This document shows, one piece after another, positions 1-9,815 of a DNA stretch of 63,266 bases; within the stretch, counting starts at the first letter, position 1; the number at the start of each line of letters is the position of its first letter. The position numbers and the translations under genes were made by a program. The stretch covers positions 2,596 through 65,861 of the forward strand of contig CAZSYV010000004.1 of assembly GCA_964610955.1 (NCBI GenBank). Reading direction: 5' to 3'. The DNA is from an uncultured Klebsiella sp. (GTDB taxonomy: Bacteria > Pseudomonadota > Gammaproteobacteria > Pseudomonadales > UBA5518). The notes below the pieces were generated by a model that saw only the letters and a list, made by a program, of their open reading frames with translations, did not search any database and was not told where the DNA came from.

Positions 1-1821
1 AGTGCGTGGGCGATGCAGTTCGACACCCGGAATGATGATCTCGACATCCGCTGGGACAACACGCTCAAGTACAACCTGATGATGCGCACGGAGAAGCAGA
101 GCCGCGACGTGATCGCGAGCAAGAGCCCTGCCCTCTATGATGATGGCGATCTCAACTTCAACAGGGGCGTGGTCAGCAACCGGCTTGACCTCCTGAGCGA
201 GTTCGATCTGATCTGGAAGCGTGATTTCGGTTTCCGTATCAGTGGCGCCGCCTGGTATGACCACGCCTATCGCGGTCACAGTGATCATCCCGGCGTGAAC
301 AGGCGCTATCGCATCAACGGCAACTACACCGATACCTGGCACGGACTCAGTGTGCCGCCGGGCAAGTACCTCGATGCAACCGAGGACCTGCACTATCGCG
401 ACGCCGAACTGCTCGATGCCTTCGTGTTCGCAAACTTCAGGCTTGGAAAGACCGAACTCAGCACCCGTCTTGGGCGACATGCGCTCTACTGGGGACAGAG
501 CCTGTTCGTTGGTGGCGCGGTCAACGGCATCGCCGGCTCGATGGCACCGATCGATCTGGCGAAGGGCCTTGGGGTGCCCGGCTCCGAGGCACGGGAGCTT
601 TTCCTGCCAGGCAACAAGCTCTCGGCTTCGTGGCAGTTCACGCCGAACGCCGCGCTGGTTGGCTATTACTCGTTCGAGTTCGAGCCGACACGCTACCCGT
701 ATCCGGGGAGCTACCTTGCGCTGTCGGAGATTTCGATGGATCACGCGGAGTTCCTGACGCTGATCCCGGGACAGGTGAATCCGGTCACGGGTGCCCTGGT
801 TTCGCCGCGCACGGGTTTCGTCAGGCGTTCGTCGGAGAAGCCCGATGGAGGTGAATTCGGCCTTGGACTGCAGTACGTGTTTGCCGGCAGTGGGCTCGAA
901 CTCGGCGTCTATTACCTGAACTATCACGACAAGTACCCGCAGGGCCTGGTCGGTGCGCTGAATGTCGGGCAGTTCGCGACCGCGCGGGCGGCGACGGATC
1001 CGCTGGCTGCCTCACTGGTAAGCCTGTGGCCGCTGTTCTCCGGCGGTGGAACGCCTGAGCGCTTCGGTTATTACACCGGCGGTGGCTATCCGGCAATCGG
1101 GATCGGGCACTTCAAATGGACGTATCGTGAAGACAACGAGTTGTTCGGGATCAGTCTCGGCAAGGAAATCGCGGGGATATCGTTCGGCATGGATCTGGTC
1201 TATCGCCGTGACGTTGCGATCAACTTCGGAACCGCGGCGCTGCTGCATGCCGGACCGTACCCGAACTTCGGCCTGTACCAGGCGCTGGTCGAACAGACGC
1301 TCGCAAGCAGCGGTTTTCCCTCGGACAGCTTCGATTTTGCCCGTGCCGACGAGAGTCACTACCCGGGGCCGACCGGCGATACCTGGCATGTGGTCGTGAA
1401 CGCGCTCGGTTTCCTCGATCCGAATCGTCTGTGGGATGGTGGCAGCTACTCGGTCGAACTGACTTTCTCGACACTTGATCGCATCCGTCGCAATGCGGCC
1501 CTGGTGCACCCGGACGTCCACAAGAACCGGGTATTGTCGACGATTGCGGTGGCGTTTGCGCCGCAGTGGTATCAGGTGTGGCCGAGTCTCGACATGCGGC
1601 TGCCGTTCACGGTGTCCTATGGCATCGATGGCCAGACACCGATCTCGACCGGCGGCAACGAGGGGATCGGTTCGGGCAGCTTTGGCGTTTCCCTGGAGTA
1701 CGCACAGGTGTGGAACGTGGACCTGAAGTACAACTTTTATTTCGGTTCACAGGACAACGGCCCGGTGGGCAACCTGAAGGATCGCGACAACATCGCCTTC
1801 ACCGTCAAGCGCACATTCTGA
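1..1821 (+). CDS. DUF1302-family outer-membrane beta-barrel protein (5'-partial)
   Basis: Frame is open from base 1 (S-A-W-A-M-Q-F-D, resembling the end of a signal peptide), so the true start lies upstream. Motifs 'RLDLLSEFDL', 'DAFVF..GRHALYWGQSLF', 'P.DL.K...PGSE.RELFLP', C-terminal 'DRDNIAFTVKRTF' ending in Phe. First gene of the DUF1302-DUF1329-YCF48-RND arrangement. Confidence 0.85.
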   Translation, partial: SAWAMQFDTRNDDLDIRWDNTLKYNLMMRTEKQSRDVIASKSPALYDDGDLNFNRGVVSNRLDLLSEFDLIWKRDFGFRISGAAWYDHAYRGHSDHPGVNRRYRINGNYTDTWHGLSVPPGKYLDATEDLHYRDAELLDAFVFANFRLGKTELSTRLGRHALYWGQSLFVGGAVNGIAGSMAPIDLAKGLGVPGSEARELFLPGNKLSASWQFTPNAALVGYYSFEFEPTRYPYPGSYLALSEISMDHAEFLTLIPGQVNPVTGALVSPRTGFVRRSSEKPDGGEFGLGLQYVFAGSGLELGVYYLNYHDKYPQGLVGALNVGQFATARAATDPLAASLVSLWPLFSGGGTPERFGYYTGGGYPAIGIGHFKWTYREDNELFGISLGKEIAGISFGMDLVYRRDVAINFGTAALLHAGPYPNFGLYQALVEQTLASSGFPSDSFDFARADESHYPGPTGDTWHVVVNALGFLDPNRLWDGGSYSVELTFSTLDRIRRNAALVHPDVHKNRVLSTIAVAFAPQWYQVWPSLDMRLPFTVSYGIDGQTPISTGGNEGIGSGSFGVSLEYAQVWNVDLKYNFYFGSQDNGPVGNLKDRDNIAFTVKRTF

Positions 1822-1851
1822 GCCGTGGCCTGGACAAGGAGCAGCCATACC

Positions 1852-3228
1852 ATGAAAACGACGAGACTCCTGTTTGTCGCGGCACTGCTTGGTGTCGTTT
1901 CCCCCATCGCGCTGCAGGCGGCGGTGAGTGCCGGGCAGGCGGCACGCCTCGGTACGGACCTCACGCCGGTTGGTGCCGAGCGTGCCGCAAATGCCGATGG
2001 ATCGATTCCGGCCTGGGATGGCAAGGGCACCCCGGTACCTGCCGGCTGGAAACCGGGCGATGGCTATCACAACCCCTTCGCTGCCGAGCAGCCACTGTAC
2101 TCCGTTGGCGTGGAGAACATGGCCCGGCATGAGCGCTTCCTTGCCGAAGGTGTTGCCGCATTGCTGGACAAGTGGGGAAAGGACGGATTCAGGCTCGATG
2201 TGTATCCGACACATCGCAACTCAATCCAGCCACAGTGGTTCTACGACGGCACGCGCCAGAACGCCACCGGCGCAGCACTGGTCGCCGACGGGCAGAAGAT
2301 CGAGGGCAACGTTGCCGGCGTGCCGTTCCCGCTCCCGCAGAACGGCATCGAAGCGCTGTGGAACCACATGCTGCGCTTCCAAGGCTATCAGACGTACTAC
2401 AAGTACAACAGCTATTACGTCGATGCCAACGGCAAGCCGGTACTGTCGACGACAGCCGAGAACTACATCGACTACCCGATGTACATCGACCATCTGAAGA
2501 AGCGCAACTACGGCACCCAGGACCTGCGTTACTCCTTTCTGCGCGTCAACTATCTGGCACCCGCACGCCGTGCGGGCGAGATCCTGCTGGTGCATGAGCC
2601 GGGTGCCGACTACACCGCAGGGAAGGGGCGCGATGCATGGCAGTACCTGACCGGGCAGCGGCGGGTGCGCAAGGCGCCAGCCGTCTCTTTCGACACGCCG
2701 AACCCGGCAACCGCAGGTATGTCGACCTACGATGACGCCTACATGTACAACGGCTCGCCGGAGCGCTTCGAATGGACTCTGGTCGGCAAGAAGGAAATCT
2801 TCGTGCCGTACAACAACTATGTGTTCAGTCTGGAGCGGACGGTCGAAGAGATGATGGACAGCCATTTCTTCAAGCCCGAGTTCGTGCGCTGGGAGAAGCA
2901 CCGGGTGTGGGTGGTCGAAGGCACGCTGAAGCCCGGCAGCCGGCATATCTACAGCAAGCGCCGCTACTACCTCGACGAGGATACCTGGGCGGGGCTGATC
3001 GGGGAGACCTGGGATGGACAAGGCAGGTTGTGGCGTGTGCAGCTGATGTACCCGCACCATGACTGGGACCTCCCCTCGCCGGCAAACACGGGCTACGGTG
3101 GTTACGACCTGATCAGCAACGTGTACAACATCAATTCCAAGCCGATCCCTGGCACTTACCGGAATCGTCATGACGCGTCGGAACAGTACTTCACGCCGCA
3201 GGGAATGGCGCGTACCGGCATTCGCTGA
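1852..3228 (+). CDS. DUF1329-family periplasmic protein (LolA-like fold)
   Basis: Signal peptide 'MKTTRLLFVAALLGVVSPIALQA', then 'AVSAGQAARLGTDLTPVGAERAANADGSIPAW'; 'YLTGQRRVRKAP', 'HIYSKRRYYLDEDTW'; AAGGAG RBS at 1836-1841. Confidence 0.9.
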   Translation: MKTTRLLFVAALLGVVSPIALQAAVSAGQAARLGTDLTPVGAERAANADGSIPAWDGKGTPVPAGWKPGDGYHNPFAAEQPLYSVGVENMARHERFLAEGVAALLDKWGKDGFRLDVYPTHRNSIQPQWFYDGTRQNATGAALVADGQKIEGNVAGVPFPLPQNGIEALWNHMLRFQGYQTYYKYNSYYVDANGKPVLSTTAENYIDYPMYIDHLKKRNYGTQDLRYSFLRVNYLAPARRAGEILLVHEPGADYTAGKGRDAWQYLTGQRRVRKAPAVSFDTPNPATAGMSTYDDAYMYNGSPERFEWTLVGKKEIFVPYNNYVFSLERTVEEMMDSHFFKPEFVRWEKHRVWVVEGTLKPGSRHIYSKRRYYLDEDTWAGLIGETWDGQGRLWRVQLMYPHHDWDLPSPANTGYGGYDLISNVYNINSKPIPGTYRNRHDASEQYFTPQGMARTGIR

Positions 3229-3324
3229 TGCCTGCGCTCGCGGTTTTTGACCGCGCTCGGGGTTGATGCCGTGCGAGTGCTGTGGCGAGCTCGTGAGCTG
3301 GTGAACCGAAACCCTGAGGCGGGC

Positions 3325-4443
3325 ATGAAGCAGGCTGTGGTGCTGGCGCTGGGGCTCACGCTTGCACTTGGTGCTGCTGCCCGGCCAGCGGCACCGCACT
3401 ACGATGTGCTCGAGTTGCCGGCGGCTCCATCGGCGATTGCAGAAAAATCGCTGCTTTTTTCACTGACCCGCGCGGGTGGGCGGCTGTTTGCCACCGGAAT
3501 CCGTGGTCATATCCTTTATTCCGATGACCAGGGTCGCAGCTGGATGCAGGCCAGTGAGGTGCCGGTGCGCTCCTCGCTGCTCGATGCGGGTTTTCCCACA
3601 CCCGAGCAGGGATGGGTGGTGGGACACGAAGGCGTGATCCTGCATACGGACGATGGCGGTCGGCACTGGGTGCGCCAGCTCGATGGTGCCGAGCTGGCGC
3701 GCATCGGGCTTGAGCACTACCGCGCGCTGAGCGAGCGCCACCCTGAGGATGCGCGCTACCCGGTGCTGGTCGACGAGATGCAGCTTGCGATCGACGGCAA
3801 TGCCGATCGACCACTGTTCAAGGTCCTGATGCGCAATGCTCGGGAAGGCATCGTCATTGGTGCCTATGGGCTGTTGCTTGCCACTGTCGATGGCGGCAGT
3901 TCGTGGCTGCCGATCATGGAGCGGCTCGAACTGGAGCAGTACGTGCACCTGTTCGACTGTGTCGAGCTGCCCGGTACGAGCGAAACCGGGGCGACACGGG
4001 TGATCGCCGGCGAGATGGGTACCGTGCTGATCGAGGATCCGGCGAGTGGCGAGTGGCGTCGTCAGGCCTTTCCCTACGAGGGTTCCATGTTCACGCTCGT
4101 TGTCACTCCCGATGGCGCGCTGCTCACTGGAGGGTTGCGTGGGCGCGTGTTTCGCTCCATCGACAGGGGAGCGAACTGGGTCGAGGTCGACAAGCCTTCG
4201 ACGCCTGCCGTCGTTGCCGGCACGGTGCTGGATGATGGTCGCGTGCTGCTTGGCACGCAGGATGGCGCCCTGCTGGCCAGTGATGATGATGGGCGCAGCT
4301 TTGCCTTGTTGGCACTCGATGCGCAGGGGCAACTCAGCGACCTGCTCGAGGCGCAGCCCGGGGAACTCGTCGTGAGCGGTACCTTCGGTGTGCAGGTCCT
4401 GGAGTTTCGCGAACCGCCCGGTTCTGCACCGATGTCACGATAA
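3325..4443 (+). CDS. YCF48-related / BNR (Asp-box) beta-propeller protein
   Basis: Signal peptide; repeated Asp-box motifs (SDDQGRSW, TDDGGRHW, TVDGGSSW, SIDRGANW, SDDDGRSF); operon context. Confidence 0.85.
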   Translation: MKQAVVLALGLTLALGAAARPAAPHYDVLELPAAPSAIAEKSLLFSLTRAGGRLFATGIRGHILYSDDQGRSWMQASEVPVRSSLLDAGFPTPEQGWVVGHEGVILHTDDGGRHWVRQLDGAELARIGLEHYRALSERHPEDARYPVLVDEMQLAIDGNADRPLFKVLMRNAREGIVIGAYGLLLATVDGGSSWLPIMERLELEQYVHLFDCVELPGTSETGATRVIAGEMGTVLIEDPASGEWRRQAFPYEGSMFTLVVTPDGALLTGGLRGRVFRSIDRGANWVEVDKPSTPAVVAGTVLDDGRVLLGTQDGALLASDDDGRSFALLALDAQGQLSDLLEAQPGELVVSGTFGVQVLEFREPPGSAPMSR

Positions 4444-4458
4444 CGGCAGGTGAAGCCC

Positions 4459-6885
4459 ATGGCCAATGCTGCAGGCAGCACGCAACTGCCCGTGATCGAC
4501 GACAAGGTGGAATTCGACCTCCGTTCGGGCTCATGGCTCGAGAATATCATCTTCACCAACCGCGCGCTGGTCGTCGTCGTCTGTGGACTCCTGACCCTGT
4601 TCTTCGGCTACTACGCCGTTGCCAATATGCGGTTGCAGTCCGAGTTTTCGAAGATGCTGCCGAAAAACCATCCGTACGTGCTGAATTACGAGGCGCACGC
4701 CGAAGAGTTGCGTGGTCTGGGAAACGTCCTGCGCATTGCGGTTGCGACCGACGGCCCGACGATCTACACGCCCGGGTACCTGCAGACGCTTCGCGAGGTC
4801 AACGAGGCGGTGTTTTTCATCCCGGGTGTGGCGCGCGAGAAGATGAAGTCGCTGTGGACGCCGAACACGCGCTACCGCGTGGTTACCGAAGAAGGCTTCG
4901 AGGGCGATACGGTGATTCCGCCAGACTATGATGGATCACCCGTCTCGATCGCACGCGTGCGCCGGAATGTGGCGAGCGCGGGCCTGCGCGGCAACCTGGT
5001 GGCAAACGACGAGCGTTCCGCGGCACTGCTGGTGCCATTGATGGACCGCGATCCCGATACCGGCGAGCGGCTCGACTACGCGCGTCTCGGTATGCAGCTC
5101 GAGGCGGTGCGTGCCCGCTTCGAGGCTGGCACCGGGGCTGTCGGAAAGCCGACGGGCAGTGGGATCAGCATGGAGATCATCGGCTTCGCAAAGATCGTCG
5201 CCGATCTGATCGCAGGCATGAAGAGTGTGGTGATGTTCTTCTTCATCGCCGTGCTGATCGCGACCTCGCTGCTTTACTGGTATGCGCGCTGCCTGCGCAG
5301 CACGCTGGTAGTGGTGGTGATCACGATCGGCGCGGTGGTCTGGCAGCTCGGACTGCTCACCCTGCTCGGCTTCGAGCTCGATCCTTACTCGATCCTGGTA
5401 CCGTTTCTGGTGTTCGCGATCGGCGTGTCGCACGGCGCACAGAAGCTGAACGGCATCCTCCAGGACACGGGCCGGGGCTGTCATCCCTACGTTGCGGCCC
5501 GTTATACGTTCAGGCGCCTGTTTCTCGCCGGCTTCACCGCGCTTGCCTCCGACGGCATCGGTTTCGCGGTGCTGATGATCATCCAGATCCCGGTGATCCA
5601 GGACCTCGCGATCACCGCCAGCATCGGCGTGCTGGTCCTTATCTTCACCAACCTGATCCTGATCCCGGTCGTGCTGTCATATATCGGGGTCTCGCTGTCG
5701 GCAGCCAGGCGCGCGCACCGGCAGGAGTGTGCGGACAGGGAGCCCCACGGCATCTGGCGCTTTCTGCTGAAGTTCACCGGGCGTCGCTGGGCGGGCGCTG
5801 CCATAAGTGTCGCCGTCGCGCTCAGCGTCGGTTCGCTGGTGGTTGCACAGGGCCTGCAGATCGGTGACCTCGACCCAGGTGCACCGGAACTGCGTCCCGA
5901 CTCGCGCTATAACCGCGATGTGAAGTTCATGATCGATCATTACTCGGTATCCAGCGATGTCTTCGCGGTGATCGTGGTGACTGCAAGCGATGGCTGCACC
6001 GATCCCGAGACACTCGCACTTGCCGATGAACTCGAGTGGCGCTTTCGCCAGATTCCCGAAGTCGAGGATGTCGTCGGGATGAACTCCGGCACCCGGCGGC
6101 TGCTTGCCGGACTCAACGAGGGCTACATCAAGTGGCTGTCGCTGAACCGCAACCAGGCCTCGATCAACTATGCGGCAGTCGAGATGGTCGACATGGGACT
6201 GGTCAATCCCGAATGTTCGGTATGGCCGATGCTGGTCTACCTCGCCGATCACAAGGCGAAGACGCTGCAGGCGGTGGTGGATGCGCTCGAGCGCTTCGAT
6301 CGTGAGTGGCCAAGTGACAAGGTGCAGTTCCTCGGTGCAGCGGGCAACGCGGGCTTCGAGGCCGCGACCAATATCGTGGTCGGCAAGGCCAATCGCGAAA
6401 TGATGCTCTGGGTCTACGCTGCGGTGATTGCGTTGAGCTATGCGACGTTCCGTTCACTGGCAGGTGTGGTCTGTGCGGTGCTGCCGCTGATGCTGACCTC
6501 TGTGCTTTGCGAGGCGCTGATGGTGATGCTCGGCATCGGTGTCAAGGTTGCCACACTGCCCGTGATTGCCCTTGGTGTGGGAATCGGCATCGACTATGCG
6601 CTTTACGTACTCACGGTGGTGCTGGCGAAAACGCGTGCAGGCCTGTCGTTGCGCGATGCGTACTACGCCGCACTCACGTTCACCGGGCGTGTGGTCGCGC
6701 TGATCGGTGTCACGCTCGCTGCGGGAGTGATCACCTGGGCCTTCTCACCGATCAAGTTCCAGGCCGACATGGGGATCCTGCTGGCCTTCATGTTCCTGTG
6801 GAACATGGTTGGTGCGCTGGTGCTGATGCCTGCGCTGGCGTGTTTCCTGTTGCCTGGGCCTCAGGCCAGGTGTTCGTCCAGGTAG
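4459..6885 (+). CDS. MMPL/RND-family (SSD-like) transporter
   Basis: About 808 aa with two repeats of 1 TM + periplasmic loop + 5 TM; 'GAPELRPDSRYNRD', 'GVGIGIDYALY', 'IKFQADMGILLAFMFLWNMVGA'. Confidence 0.9.
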   Translation: MANAAGSTQLPVIDDKVEFDLRSGSWLENIIFTNRALVVVVCGLLTLFFGYYAVANMRLQSEFSKMLPKNHPYVLNYEAHAEELRGLGNVLRIAVATDGPTIYTPGYLQTLREVNEAVFFIPGVAREKMKSLWTPNTRYRVVTEEGFEGDTVIPPDYDGSPVSIARVRRNVASAGLRGNLVANDERSAALLVPLMDRDPDTGERLDYARLGMQLEAVRARFEAGTGAVGKPTGSGISMEIIGFAKIVADLIAGMKSVVMFFFIAVLIATSLLYWYARCLRSTLVVVVITIGAVVWQLGLLTLLGFELDPYSILVPFLVFAIGVSHGAQKLNGILQDTGRGCHPYVAARYTFRRLFLAGFTALASDGIGFAVLMIIQIPVIQDLAITASIGVLVLIFTNLILIPVVLSYIGVSLSAARRAHRQECADREPHGIWRFLLKFTGRRWAGAAISVAVALSVGSLVVAQGLQIGDLDPGAPELRPDSRYNRDVKFMIDHYSVSSDVFAVIVVTASDGCTDPETLALADELEWRFRQIPEVEDVVGMNSGTRRLLAGLNEGYIKWLSLNRNQASINYAAVEMVDMGLVNPECSVWPMLVYLADHKAKTLQAVVDALERFDREWPSDKVQFLGAAGNAGFEAATNIVVGKANREMMLWVYAAVIALSYATFRSLAGVVCAVLPLMLTSVLCEALMVMLGIGVKVATLPVIALGVGIGIDYALYVLTVVLAKTRAGLSLRDAYYAALTFTGRVVALIGVTLAAGVITWAFSPIKFQADMGILLAFMFLWNMVGALVLMPALACFLLPGPQARCSSR

Positions 6886-7139
6886 TGCTCGATCTCGGTC
6901 TTCAGCCGCTTTTTCATCATCGACATCAACATGCCGAGCTTCACGTCGACGAGGATGTCTTCCTCATTCAGCGTGAGCTGTGCGTCGAGTCCGCCGGAAT
7001 AGTTGTAATGCACGATGTCGCCTTCCCACTCGTAGCTGCCGCCGTATTTGGACTGCAGCGTCTTGACGAGTTTCTCTGCGCGCTTGCGCAATGTCTTGCG
7101 GTCGAGATCGTGCTCGCGTTCGATGCAGATGTGGCTCAT
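6861..7139 (-). CDS. Polyhydroxyalkanoic-acid-system protein (PHA_gran_rgn-like)
   Basis: 92 aa 'MSHICIEREHDLDRKTLRKRAEKLVKTLQSKYGGSYEWEGDIVHYNYSGGLDAQLTLNEEDILVDVKLGMLMSMMKKRL..EIEHYLDEHL' matches the family pattern. Confidence 0.85.
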   Translation of the reverse strand: MSHICIEREHDLDRKTLRKRAEKLVKTLQSKYGGSYEWEGDIVHYNYSGGLDAQLTLNEEDILVDVKLGMLMSMMKKRLKTEIEHYLDEHLA

Positions 7140-7205
7140 GGTGGGGCTCTCATGCTTTTGTGCCGATTGTGCGCGTTCGTTGCGCGCTTGCCAATCGCCA
7201 CTGCA

Positions 7206-7214
7206 TGCCATAAT
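7206..7214 (+). promoter_or_regulatory. Putative extended -10 (TGnCATAAT) for rubredoxin
   Basis: TGCCATAAT at 7206-7214, TTGCCA at 7188-7193 (short 15-nt spacer), about 40 nt upstream of the ATG. Confidence 0.35.
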
Positions 7215-7255
7215 GCCTGCGCGTATCAACGGGTGTCGTGGGGGCGAAGCAGGGG

Positions 7256-7429
7256 ATGAGTGGTTACAGGAAATGGGAATGCGTGATCTGCGGTTTCATC
7301 TACGATGAGGCCCTGGGTCTGCCGGATCACGGCATCGCAGCGGGGACGCGCTGGGAAGACGTTCCCGAGGATTTCGAGTGTCCCGAATGTGGTATCGGCA
7401 AGTCCGACTTCGACCTGCTGCCTGAATGA
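7256..7429 (+). CDS. Rubredoxin
   Basis: 57 aa with CxxC ('WECVICGFIYD') and 'W..VPEDFECPECG' motifs. Confidence 0.95.
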   Translation: MSGYRKWECVICGFIYDEALGLPDHGIAAGTRWEDVPEDFECPECGIGKSDFDLLPE

Positions 7430-7448
7430 GTCGGCGCCCCCGTGCGAT

Positions 7449-8588
7449 TCAGAACTCGCGCAGGCTTGCGTAGCGGTCGCGGTGGAAGTACGCATCACCG
7501 AGGATCTGCATCGTCACCCGGGCGCGTTTCAGGAACAGGCCGATATCGAGCTGGTCCGTGATGCCGATACCGCCGTGCATCTGCACGGCCTCGCTGCTGA
7601 CCAGTTCGAAGACATCGTTTGCACGGGCCTTGGCCAGGCTGGCGACCATCGGCAGCAGTGGCGAGGCGGTGTCGATCTTGATGCAACCGTCCATGACCAC
7701 GCTCTGCAGCAGCTCCAGCTCGGTGAACATCTGTGCGGCGCGGTGCTGCAGTGCCTGGAAGCTGCCGATCAGTGCACCGAACTGCTTGCGGGTCTTCAGG
7801 TACTCGATGGTCTGATCGAAGCACTCCCTGGCGCTGCCGTACATTTCCATCGCAATCATCGCACGCCCGCGATCCAGTACCTGCTCCAGCGCCGGCCACG
7901 CCTCGCCCTCGGTACCGAGAAGCGCGGAGACCGGGACCTCGACGTCATGGAACTCGATGCGAGCCGCATTGCGGCTGTCCATCATGATCGTGCGCCGACG
8001 CGAGACACCGGCCGTGGCGGGGTCGACCAGAAACAGGCTGAGCCCCTTGGCTGAGCCCGGCTCACCGGCGCTGCGCGCAACGACCACCAGGCGATCGGCA
8101 CTGTGACCGTCGAGCACGAACTGCTTGGTTCCGTTCAGGCGGTAGCCTTCACCGGTGCGCTCGGCACGCAGCTGCACACCGAGCGGGTCATGACGGTGTG
8201 ACTCCTCGAGAGCAAGCGCCAGGCAGACCTCTCCGCTGGCAACGCTTGGCAGAATCTCTTCCTTGTGGTGCTGCTCGCCTGCGATCAGGATCGCCGAGGC
8301 ACCCAGCACACAGCTTGCATACAGTGGTGATGCGCTGAGCGTGCGCCCCATTTCCTGCAGCACCACGCCAAGTCCGCCGAAGCCGAAGTCGAGCCCGCCG
8401 AACTCCTCGGGGATGGCGATCCCCGCCCAGCCCATTTCGGCCATTTCCACCCACAGCTCGCGCGAATAACCGAGCGGGTCGTGATCGTCACGCAGCGTGC
8501 GCAGCGCCGCGATGGGAGCCTTCTCCCTCAGGAACTCGCGCGCAGTCTCGCGCAGGTGCCGTTGTTCCTCATTCAGTGTCATTGGCAT
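7449..8588 (-). CDS. Acyl-CoA dehydrogenase, probable non-catalytic beta subunit of a heteromeric pair
   Basis: ACAD motifs 'RKQFGALIGSFQALQH', 'QMHGGIGIT'; has 'LDRGR' where catalytic subunits carry 'xHER'; adjacent to and co-oriented with a second ACAD. Confidence 0.85.
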   Translation of the reverse strand: MPMTLNEEQRHLRETAREFLREKAPIAALRTLRDDHDPLGYSRELWVEMAEMGWAGIAIPEEFGGLDFGFGGLGVVLQEMGRTLSASPLYASCVLGASAILIAGEQHHKEEILPSVASGEVCLALALEESHRHDPLGVQLRAERTGEGYRLNGTKQFVLDGHSADRLVVVARSAGEPGSAKGLSLFLVDPATAGVSRRRTIMMDSRNAARIEFHDVEVPVSALLGTEGEAWPALEQVLDRGRAMIAMEMYGSARECFDQTIEYLKTRKQFGALIGSFQALQHRAAQMFTELELLQSVVMDGCIKIDTASPLLPMVASLAKARANDVFELVSSEAVQMHGGIGITDQLDIGLFLKRARVTMQILGDAYFHRDRYASLREF

Positions 8589-8618
8589 CGATCGGTTCCC
8601 CGTATGCAGGCTTGGCGT

Positions 8619-9815
8619 TCAGATCACGCCGGGAAGTTCGAGGGCGCGCTTGGCGATGATGTTGAGCTGAATCTCCGACGTGCCACCGGCAATGCTGAGT
8701 GCCTTGTTGAACAGGCACTGCCGTGCCGTGGCAATTTCGGCTGCCGTGAAGTCATCGCCCTCCCAGCCAACTCCCTGGTTGCCCATCATTGCCATCATCA
8801 ACTCGTACTTGCGTTTCTCTTCCTCGGTTCCGCAGTACTTCATGATCAGCGGTGTCAGCCCGTTTCCGGCGCCAGCCCGGGTTTCCTCGAGGATGCGCAG
8901 CTGCGTCAGCCCGATCGCGTGGACCCGCATCTCGTGGCGAGCGAGAGCGTCACGCATCAACGGGTCGGCAATGTGTCCATCGACCATGGGCAGGTAGAGG
9001 CGGGCACACTCGATCGGCGTATGGGCGGCGATCGTCACCGTGTCGCCCATGTCCGACATCAGCTTGCGTTCGTGGCGCAGCAGCGCCTTGGCGACCGACC
9101 AGCCCTCGTTCTGGGCGCCGACCAGGTTTTCCTTCGGCACGCGCACGTTGTCGAAGAAGGTCTGGCAGAACTCCGAGTTGCCGTTGATCAGTCGAATCGG
9201 CGTGACCGAGACACCGGGCGTTGCCATGTCGATCAGCAGGAAGCTGATTCCCGATTGCTTGTTGCGCGCGCTGGGGTCGGTGCGTACCAGGCAGAAGATC
9301 CAGTCGGAATGGTCTGCGTGTGAGGTCCAGATCTTCGAGCCGTTGACGATGAAGTGATCACCGTGATCTTCGGCGCGTGTCTGCAGGCTCGCCAGGTCGG
9401 AGCCGGCATTCGGCTCGCTGTATCCCTGACACCAGCGCAGCCGCCCTTCGGCAATCGCCGGCAGGTGCACGCGCTTCTGTTCCTCGTTGCCGAACTCGAA
9501 CAGTGCCGGGCCGAGCATCCAGATGCCCAGGCCAAAGAGTGGCGCACGACAGCCGAGGCGCACCATTTCCTTGCGCAGGATGCGCGCCTGCTGGCCGCTC
9601 AGCCCCGCCCCGCCGTACTCGCGTGGCCATTCGGGGACGGTCCAGCCCCTTGCCAGCATGCGATCGAACCACAGGCGCGCGTCTTCGGAGGCGAACCTTG
9701 CGTTGCGCCCGCCCCAGTACTGCTCCTCGGGAGATGCGGGTGTGCGTTGTGACTGGGGACAATTGGCTTCGAGCCACTCGCGCACTTCGTTGCGAAACTG
9801 TTCGAGATCTTTCAT
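8619..9815 (-). CDS. Acyl-CoA dehydrogenase, catalytic alpha subunit
   Basis: 'WCQGYSEPNAGSDLASL', 'NGSKIWTS', 'LLRHER' (catalytic Glu position), 'SIAGGTSEIQLNII'. Confidence 0.92.
   Translation of the reverse strand: MKDLEQFRNEVREWLEANCPQSQRTPASPEEQYWGGRNARFASEDARLWFDRMLARGWTVPEWPREYGGAGLSGQQARILRKEMVRLGCRAPLFGLGIWMLGPALFEFGNEEQKRVHLPAIAEGRLRWCQGYSEPNAGSDLASLQTRAEDHGDHFIVNGSKIWTSHADHSDWIFCLVRTDPSARNKQSGISFLLIDMATPGVSVTPIRLINGNSEFCQTFFDNVRVPKENLVGAQNEGWSVAKALLRHERKLMSDMGDTVTIAAHTPIECARLYLPMVDGHIADPLMRDALARHEMRVHAIGLTQLRILEETRAGAGNGLTPLIMKYCGTEEEKRKYELMMAMMGNQGVGWEGDDFTAAEIATARQCLFNKALSIAGGTSEIQLNIIAKRALELPGVI

Noticed and set aside
3239-3255. Small hairpin CGCGGT-TTTTG-ACCGCG after DUF1329
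   Set aside because: Only a 6-bp stem with no U-tract and no repeat copies elsewhere; at most an mRNA-stability element.
6861-6885. 25-bp convergent overlap of the RND and PHA-system genes
   Set aside because: Short tail-to-tail overlaps are common and both ORFs look complete.
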